Of a DNA stretch of 48,041 nt, positions 42,827-48,041 are shown one piece after another. Made by a program: the position numbers and the translations under genes. Location of the stretch: the IMG/VR virus record IMGVR_UViG_3300028747_000001; one strand, written 5' to 3'. Source of the stretch: a virus. How positions within the stretch are numbered: position 1 is the stretch's first letter; the number at the start of each line of letters is the position of its first letter. Under the pieces are notes generated by a model. It had not been told where the DNA came from and made no database searches. It worked only from the letters and a program-made list of their open reading frames with translations.

Positions 42827-43269
42827 TAGCGGAACCGCCCGCCAACCTTGCGAAAGCCGTGACGTTCCGGGTTGCCCACGGCGATATAGAAACCGCCAGC
42901 GAACCGCGCACGCGCCAGCGCCAGAACCTGCTTGCCGTAAGGCGTGGTTGCAAGCCAGTACTGAAACATATCCTTGACCGGTGGCGCGAGCAATGACACC
43001 GTGACCTTATCGATAGTGCTGCCAGTCACGATGACGCTATCCATACCTTCTGCAATCTGCGCCTGAATCTGTGCAATATGTGCTGTCAGCAAGTTAAGAA
43101 TCAAATCGAGCGCAGCACCGTTAAAACCGCCGCACCAGTTGTCATATCCGTCGTTGGCGTACGTCTGAGCCATTGCGTAATAGGCGGTAAGGACGGTTTC
43201 ATCAGGGTCACTAGCGAACGCCGGGCATTGTGCCTGAAATAGTGCGTAGTCAAACGTGTGCTGCGTCAT
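42826..43269 (-). CDS. Head-tail connector/adaptor (147 aa)
   Basis: Position downstream of the capsid genes. Confidence 0.45.
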   Translation of the reverse strand: MTQHTFDYALFQAQCPAFASDPDETVLTAYYAMAQTYANDGYDNWCGGFNGAALDLILNLLTAHIAQIQAQIAEGMDSVIVTGSTIDKVTVSLLAPPVKDMFQYWLATTPYGKQVLALARARFAGGFYIAVGNPERHGFRKVGGRFR

Positions 43270-43285
43270 TTGCCATACTCCGTTA

Positions 43286-43756
43286 TTAACGGTTCGCCAA
43301 CTGGTTCGCCACCCAACCCGTGCCCGTCTTTTCGAGTTCGGTTGGCAGCGCTTCAGAACCGTCTTTCTTGGCGTTCTGATAATCGGCCGGTGTGAGCGGG
43401 CCGCTAGGATCGCGCGGGTTCATGTCGCCAACCATCTTGTCAACGTCGTACGCCTTGCGTTCAACACGGATGAAACCCTTGGCAATGAAATCTTTCCAGT
43501 GCGACAGTTCGCGAACCGCTTCATACTCATCTTCAGTAATCGCGGTGTGGACACCCTGCGGTGTAATCAGATTTTTGGTCGCGATGCCTGCGCCACCACG
43601 AATCAGAACTTCGCGTTCAACGACGGGCAATCGACCCATCTGAGTTGCGTCGGTCGGATCGGGCATCGAATACCGCGTGAATTTTTGCGGGTTCGCCAAC
43701 GTGCTGAAAACGTGAACGGTACCCGTCGATTTTTGTGCTACCTGTTTGCCTGACAT
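43286..43756 (-). CDS. Hypothetical virion-module protein (156 aa)
   Basis: ORF after the capsid terminator. Confidence 0.5.
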   Translation of the reverse strand: MSGKQVAQKSTGTVHVFSTLANPQKFTRYSMPDPTDATQMGRLPVVEREVLIRGGAGIATKNLITPQGVHTAITEDEYEAVRELSHWKDFIAKGFIRVERKAYDVDKMVGDMNPRDPSGPLTPADYQNAKKDGSEALPTELEKTGTGWVANQLANR

Positions 43757-43778
43757 GATGTGTTTTCCGTTAATTGAA

Positions 43779-43808
43779 AAGGGGGTGCGCCATTAGACAC
43801 ACCCCCTT
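43779..43808 (-). terminator. Terminator/attenuator after the major capsid gene
   Basis: Stem aagggggtg/caccccctt, then TTTTCAATT on the minus strand. Confidence 0.6.
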
Positions 43809-43835
43809 ATTCTACAGCCCCGGTTTAGCGACGAA

Positions 43836-44999
43836 TCACAGACCGGTGAAACGCACTACTGCATACGGACGTTTGCACATCACACCGGCCGTTGCGTTGG
43901 CGTAATCTTCGACGTACGACTTGGCGCGCTTTTCCACACCAAGCGCCTGAAACTTCGACGGCACGACCTGAATGAATACCTTGCCGTCATCGCTGGAACC
44001 GTCTTCGATGCGTTCGGCGTAGAAGTACATCGCCGTTAGGCCACCGTTGGCATCCGTCAGTTCCGGGCACGTCACGATACGCAGATTCGGATAGTTGTCA
44101 CGAATCCACTGGCGAACCGAAATACCGCCAACGGACTGCGTAACGGTCAAGAACTGGTTCTTGCCCATCGGAATCGCCATCGTGATCGGCGTTTTCTCAA
44201 CGTCGATGGTATCCATGCTCTGCACTTCGAGCGTGTACATACCAAGCCGGATGTCGGCTGTGATGTCGTTGAACGTCTTGGTGTTCCACGTCGTTGTACC
44301 CGACGTCGCGCCATCAGGCAACGTGGCATAGGCAGGCAACGACGGATCGTTCAGGAACCCGTATGTGCGGCCTGCGCCGTCATTGAAGCCGTAGAAACCA
44401 ACGCGGTTGCGTTGAATGTCGAGCGCGCGACCGGCTTGACCACGCTTTTCGCCGCTCGAAGAAACGCGCATACGTGCGGCGCGCGCTTCTTCCAACAGCC
44501 CGACCAGAATGCCCATTTCGAAGCGTACGACGGTACGCCATTCGAAGTTGACGTTCCACGACGAAAGCGGAATGTTGCTGTAGTCGCCGTATGGAATCGC
44601 GTTGCCGGTCGGTTCCAGCATACCTTGCACAATCTGCTCGTCTTCCCACGAACCGATGGTTGCCATGCCAATCAGTTCATCGATCTTGCGCGCGGCGGTG
44701 ATGAAGTTGACGAAGCCGGGCATCCATGCCTGCAGGAACTGCACAAGCGCCGGAATTGCGTTGACGGACTGGATTGCGCCCGGCACCGGCAGAATGCCGA
44801 CGTCGTTGCTATCCATTGTCGCTGCCATCTTGACGGCTTCAGTCAGTTCGTGAATATACGCCTGGTCGAAGCCGATACCAATCTGCTTCAGTGCGTTGTA
44901 CTCAACGACATCCGCCTCTGATACCTCAATGGGTTTCCAGGTACGGGCACCCAACATCGAATGCGTTGGCGACACATTCTTTTCAGTGAATTTCAACAT
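43836..44999 (-). CDS. Major capsid protein (DUF2184-like, HK97-fold class)
   Basis: 387 aa. Follows the scaffold and decoration genes. A strong hairpin lies downstream. Confidence 0.75.
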   Translation of the reverse strand: MLKFTEKNVSPTHSMLGARTWKPIEVSEADVVEYNALKQIGIGFDQAYIHELTEAVKMAATMDSNDVGILPVPGAIQSVNAIPALVQFLQAWMPGFVNFITAARKIDELIGMATIGSWEDEQIVQGMLEPTGNAIPYGDYSNIPLSSWNVNFEWRTVVRFEMGILVGLLEEARAARMRVSSSGEKRGQAGRALDIQRNRVGFYGFNDGAGRTYGFLNDPSLPAYATLPDGATSGTTTWNTKTFNDITADIRLGMYTLEVQSMDTIDVEKTPITMAIPMGKNQFLTVTQSVGGISVRQWIRDNYPNLRIVTCPELTDANGGLTAMYFYAERIEDGSSDDGKVFIQVVPSKFQALGVEKRAKSYVEDYANATAGVMCKRPYAVVRFTGL

Positions 45000-45061
45000 T
45001 TGCTTTAACTCCGTAGTATCGAGTTGTTCAGACTACGCGGCGACTCGCGCCGCGTATGACG

Positions 45062-45577
45062 TTACAGATTGATCTTGAGCAGAATCAGCGCGCCGCCTTC
45101 CGACGTTTGGCCGTAGTCTTCGACCGTTGCCGCCAGCAACGTGTTGCCCGCATCAGGCGTACCGGCAGCGGCCGGAATCGAGATTTGACCGGTAGCGGTA
45201 GCAAACTGCACTTGCAGACCAGCTACCGCCGCCTTGGTGCCGTACAACGGAACGATGACCTTACCGAATTCAACGAAGTCGGCTGTAACGTTGTTGGGCA
45301 ACAGGAAGTTCGGCGCGAGCGGACCATTGGAATTGCCCATCGAAACGTGCTGCTTCGGATTGGCAAGGATGCCCCATACCGCGCCCGTACCACCCGGCCC
45401 GACCGTTTTGCCATCGGCATTCAACGTAAACACGTTGCCGAATGAATTGTTCGTCGTGACGCCACCGGCCGCAAGCAGATAGCCGATATGTGCCCGCAAC
45501 GGGCCGTCACGCGAGATTTCGCCGGGGATGCCGAACCCGAAATCGTAGTTGATTGCTTGTTGAAAAGTACCAGCCAT
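45062..45577 (-). CDS. Head decoration/cement-like protein (171 aa)
   Basis: Position between the scaffold and capsid genes. Gly/Ala-rich beta-type sequence. Confidence 0.5.
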   Translation of the reverse strand: MAGTFQQAINYDFGFGIPGEISRDGPLRAHIGYLLAAGGVTTNNSFGNVFTLNADGKTVGPGGTGAVWGILANPKQHVSMGNSNGPLAPNFLLPNNVTADFVEFGKVIVPLYGTKAAVAGLQVQFATATGQISIPAAAGTPDAGNTLLAATVEDYGQTSEGGALILLKINL

Positions 45578-45619
45578 GGTTACATGCTCCTATGAAGTTG
45601 ACTGTTTGCAGCGGTGCCG

Positions 45620-47407
45620 TTACTTGCGTTCGGCAATCTGCTTGGACATGAACGACGGCTTCCTGCTTTTGTCGGCCGCGTCGCCAGCGGTAGCAGTAGG
45701 CAGTTGGTGAGCAGGCAGGCGCTTGTGCAACCAGGCTTCAAGCGCCGTCACTTCCTGACCCTTGCTTGCCGGAATTTCCAGCGCCTTGACGGCGTATTCA
45801 GCGACGTCCTGCGCGTCCATGGCAACGGCGATGTTGGCGAAATCAGCGATGTGCGGGCCGCACTTCTTGACCAGCGCGTCACGATCAGCAACGACACGAA
45901 CCACTTCACGCGCGTCCATACCTTTGCCCATACCAGCGACGGCCTTCTTGACTGCAGCATCAACGATGCGTGCGACTTCCGCAGCGTCCATGCCTTTGCC
46001 TTCCTTCTCGCCTTCGTCGGGTTTCTTCTTCGTCGGGTCGTCAGCATCGAGTCCGTTCGCGTCCTTCTTGCGTTCGTCGCCGGGCATCTGCGCGGTGTCG
46101 CCAACCGGCGTTGACGGTGCGCCGTCTTCGTCCATGCCGAGTTCGTCAGATTCACCAACGCACTTGATATCTTCGAGCGCTTCGAGCAGCGGCACGGCCT
46201 TGTTGATGGCATCAACGGCCTGCTTCATTTCACCACCATCGTCCTTGCCATCCTTGATTGCTTCTTCTGCGTCCATGGCAAAGGCCATCAGGCGGTTTTT
46301 GACCGTGCCTGCAAGCGTCTTTGTTTTGGCGCGAATCAGCTTCGCCTTTTGATCTTTGGTCATTGCAGATTTCTCCGTAGTTGATAGACCATCCATAACA
46401 GCAACTTCCGGCCCCATTCGACCGTCATCGACTGATGCCAGATGGTTGAAACGGATGCGCCGTTGCACATAAGTATAAGGCACACCCTCAAACACCCCCG
46501 GCGCATACTCGTATACACAACGGTAACCGAGTGACAACGGGGTTTTACCCGACGCAATGCTTGCGGCGAGAAATTCGGACCAGCACATGATGTTGGTTTT
46601 CAACGTTCCATAATCATCGTTGGGGTCGAACCAACCACGTTCACCAGTAACGCCACGTGCTTTCTTTTCTTCAATCTGGACTGTTCCGCCCGTACCATCG
46701 CCAATCATCGTATGATCGATGATCCACGGTTTCAGACGTAACGTTGCGATACAGGCCGGGTCTGCCAGTTCTGATGCTGGACGATATACCGCAAAGAACT
46801 GACCCGCATTGCCCTTGTCGATTTCCTGTGGAATGTTCTTGCCAAGGTAGTTAAATACACCGACCTTTGACACCGGGTTGTCCATTACTTCAAAGAACCC
46901 GTTGATATCCCACTGCTTGACGGTATCTGACCTGTCACCTGCAATTGCATTGAATATGCAGGCGATGACATTGGCGCTGCAACCATGCAACGGCGTTGGC
47001 AATGCGTCGAGCGTGAACCAGCCTGAGCCGATATGTTCGTCATTCAATACCGCATCGAATGGTTCGACGTCGGCAAAGAAAGCAGTAAAGAAACCGTCAA
47101 ATACGCCGATGTTTGTCAAATCGCCCTGATGCGCGTGTTGTACTTCCTCGATTGTCTCGCGCCGCGCTGCCGCTTCCGGTGTCTCACCTTCCTCAATCGT
47201 TCCGGCCGGAAAACCCCATTCGCCGTTAGGTCGTTGCAGCATCAGGATTTTACCGTTGGCATGATAGACAACGCCCGCTGCGGTCGACGCGTCGCCTGCC
47301 GTTGCATAGGCAATCGCAACGGCCTGCTTCTGTGGCTTGCCTGCCGCTTCTTCAGTTGCGACGTTCTTGCCGAATGCTTCTTTCGTACCGCTTTTATCCA
47401 ATGGCAT
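45620..47407 (-). CDS. Fusion of a Nudix hydrolase domain (about aa 42-150) to a DUF2213-like head scaffold/maturation protein with an acidic coiled-coil C-terminus
   Basis: Nudix box GTIEEGETPEAAARRETIEEVQ (G-x5-E-x7-RE-x2-EE) at 47135-47203. DUF2213-type ...VQRRIRFNHLASVDDGRMG.... Position after the MuF-like gene. Confidence 0.75.
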   Translation of the reverse strand: MPLDKSGTKEAFGKNVATEEAAGKPQKQAVAIAYATAGDASTAAGVVYHANGKILMLQRPNGEWGFPAGTIEEGETPEAAARRETIEEVQHAHQGDLTNIGVFDGFFTAFFADVEPFDAVLNDEHIGSGWFTLDALPTPLHGCSANVIACIFNAIAGDRSDTVKQWDINGFFEVMDNPVSKVGVFNYLGKNIPQEIDKGNAGQFFAVYRPASELADPACIATLRLKPWIIDHTMIGDGTGGTVQIEEKKARGVTGERGWFDPNDDYGTLKTNIMCWSEFLAASIASGKTPLSLGYRCVYEYAPGVFEGVPYTYVQRRIRFNHLASVDDGRMGPEVAVMDGLSTTEKSAMTKDQKAKLIRAKTKTLAGTVKNRLMAFAMDAEEAIKDGKDDGGEMKQAVDAINKAVPLLEALEDIKCVGESDELGMDEDGAPSTPVGDTAQMPGDERKKDANGLDADDPTKKKPDEGEKEGKGMDAAEVARIVDAAVKKAVAGMGKGMDAREVVRVVADRDALVKKCGPHIADFANIAVAMDAQDVAEYAVKALEIPASKGQEVTALEAWLHKRLPAHQLPTATAGDAADKSRKPSFMSKQIAERK

Positions 47408-47418
47408 CGCAACGCCCC

Positions 47419-48041
47419 TTATTCGTCGTCATCGTTGAATCTGAAAATCGGCCGCATCGTACACCGGCAATATGGTGCCTGGCCGGGTATGCCTTTCTCG
47501 CCGGTATTAGGTCCGTCAAGGTGCGGCAGATTGTCGAAGCTAAATATTTTACCGTTCAATACGTCACGGTGATATTCGCGGGGGTGATTGCTACCCCCGC
47601 TATGCACCCATTCAAACTCTTTGACGCCCAACGCCTGCATACGCGCGGCGTTGATTCCGTTGTATGCCTTGCGTGTCTGGTCAAGCGCGACATTCTTTGC
47701 CCAATTCTTGACAGTCACGCCGTACTTGTCGAGTTCGGGTTTAAGGTCTGCCAGCCCCTGACCCGATTGAATCGAGCGCATCACCGCACCCTGTACATTA
47801 TCCAGATACTTTTCAGGGATACGTTTGATAAGCGCTACATTCTCCGCAACGCTGGCTGTCAGCACATCGCGTAGCTGGTCGTTGAAAACGTTAGTTTTTA
47901 GAACGTACTGACCACTCATTTCTTTAAGGCTGATATTCAACTTCTGTGCGCTATCCTTTTCCGCAGCACCGGTCATCTTCTCTGCTAACGGTTGCGCGAC
48001 AGATGCGAATAGTCTGGCAAACTTGTCGCGCATCGCATTTG
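47419..48041 (-). CDS. Mu F-like head morphogenesis protein, 3' part (same gene as 1-383)
   Basis: C-terminal ...HPREYHRDVLNGKIF...APYCRCTMRPIF matches the Mu F/SPP1 gp7 signature. 47915-48041 duplicates 1-127. Confidence 0.85.
   Translation of the reverse strand, partial: NAMRDKFARLFASVAQPLAEKMTGAAEKDSAQKLNISLKEMSGQYVLKTNVFNDQLRDVLTASVAENVALIKRIPEKYLDNVQGAVMRSIQSGQGLADLKPELDKYGVTVKNWAKNVALDQTRKAYNGINAARMQALGVKEFEWVHSGGSNHPREYHRDVLNGKIFSFDNLPHLDGPNTGEKGIPGQAPYCRCTMRPIFRFNDDDE
47915..48041. repeat. Terminal overlap, second copy of 1-127
   Basis: Identical 127-mer. Confidence 0.95.

Noticed and set aside
1-48041. Lysogeny module (integrase, excisionase, CI repressor, attP) and tRNA genes
   Set aside because: No ORF shows tyrosine or serine recombinase motifs, and I saw no cloverleaf-like sequence in the intergenic regions. 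The small XRE, TetR and RHH proteins alone do not establish a temperate lifestyle.

Overview
The window is a complete, circularly closed genome of a contractile-tailed dsDNA phage. Bases 1-127 are identical to 47915-48041, so the unique length is 47,914 bp. The host is Gram-negative, judged from the SAR endolysin, the nested Rz/Rz1 spanins and an outer-membrane beta-barrel gene. GC looks mid-50s % by eye. Coding is dense, and many gene junctions are ATGA/TGATG overlaps, indicating translational coupling.

Layout:
- (i) A minus-strand structural and lysis block runs from portal (2074) backwards across the window junction to 28092. Order: portal, Mu F-like head protein (wraps the junction), Nudix-scaffold fusion, decoration protein, major capsid, connectors, sheath, tube, frameshifted chaperone pair, tape measure, baseplate, fibre, holin, endolysin, Rz/Rz1.
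- (ii) A plus-strand replication operon (21971-28046) carries a DUF2800-like exonuclease, a gp2.5-like SSB and a B-family-like polymerase.
- (iii) A minus-strand early/replication operon (21886-12545) carries an SF2 helicase, a VRR-NUC nuclease, a mini-TetR, XRE and RHH proteins, and a primase-helicase.
- (iv) terS (12385-11570) is separated from terL (6421-4805) by about 5 kb of small unknown genes.
- (v) A 2.7-kb accessory island lies between terL and portal.

No integrase, CI-type repressor, tRNA or CRISPR was seen.

Most notable observations:
- A 17-bp palindrome, AACCGTTA(C/G)TAACGGTT, occurs 12 times. Nine copies sit inside a conserved sigma70-like promoter cassette, including two back-to-back divergent control regions.
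- A Nudix hydrolase domain is fused to the head scaffold/maturation protein.
- A 300-bp array of 9/12-nt units encodes an (E/R/W)-S-A-(A) helix and is open in all six frames.
- A mirror-symmetric CAGAAC-hexamer, AT-rich ori/pac-like locus lies upstream of terS.
- A 37-bp near-identical in-frame repeat is shared by two adjacent genes.
- Promoter-gene-terminator cassettes sit in the terL-portal gap.

All functional calls rest on motif recognition by eye. No database search was possible.
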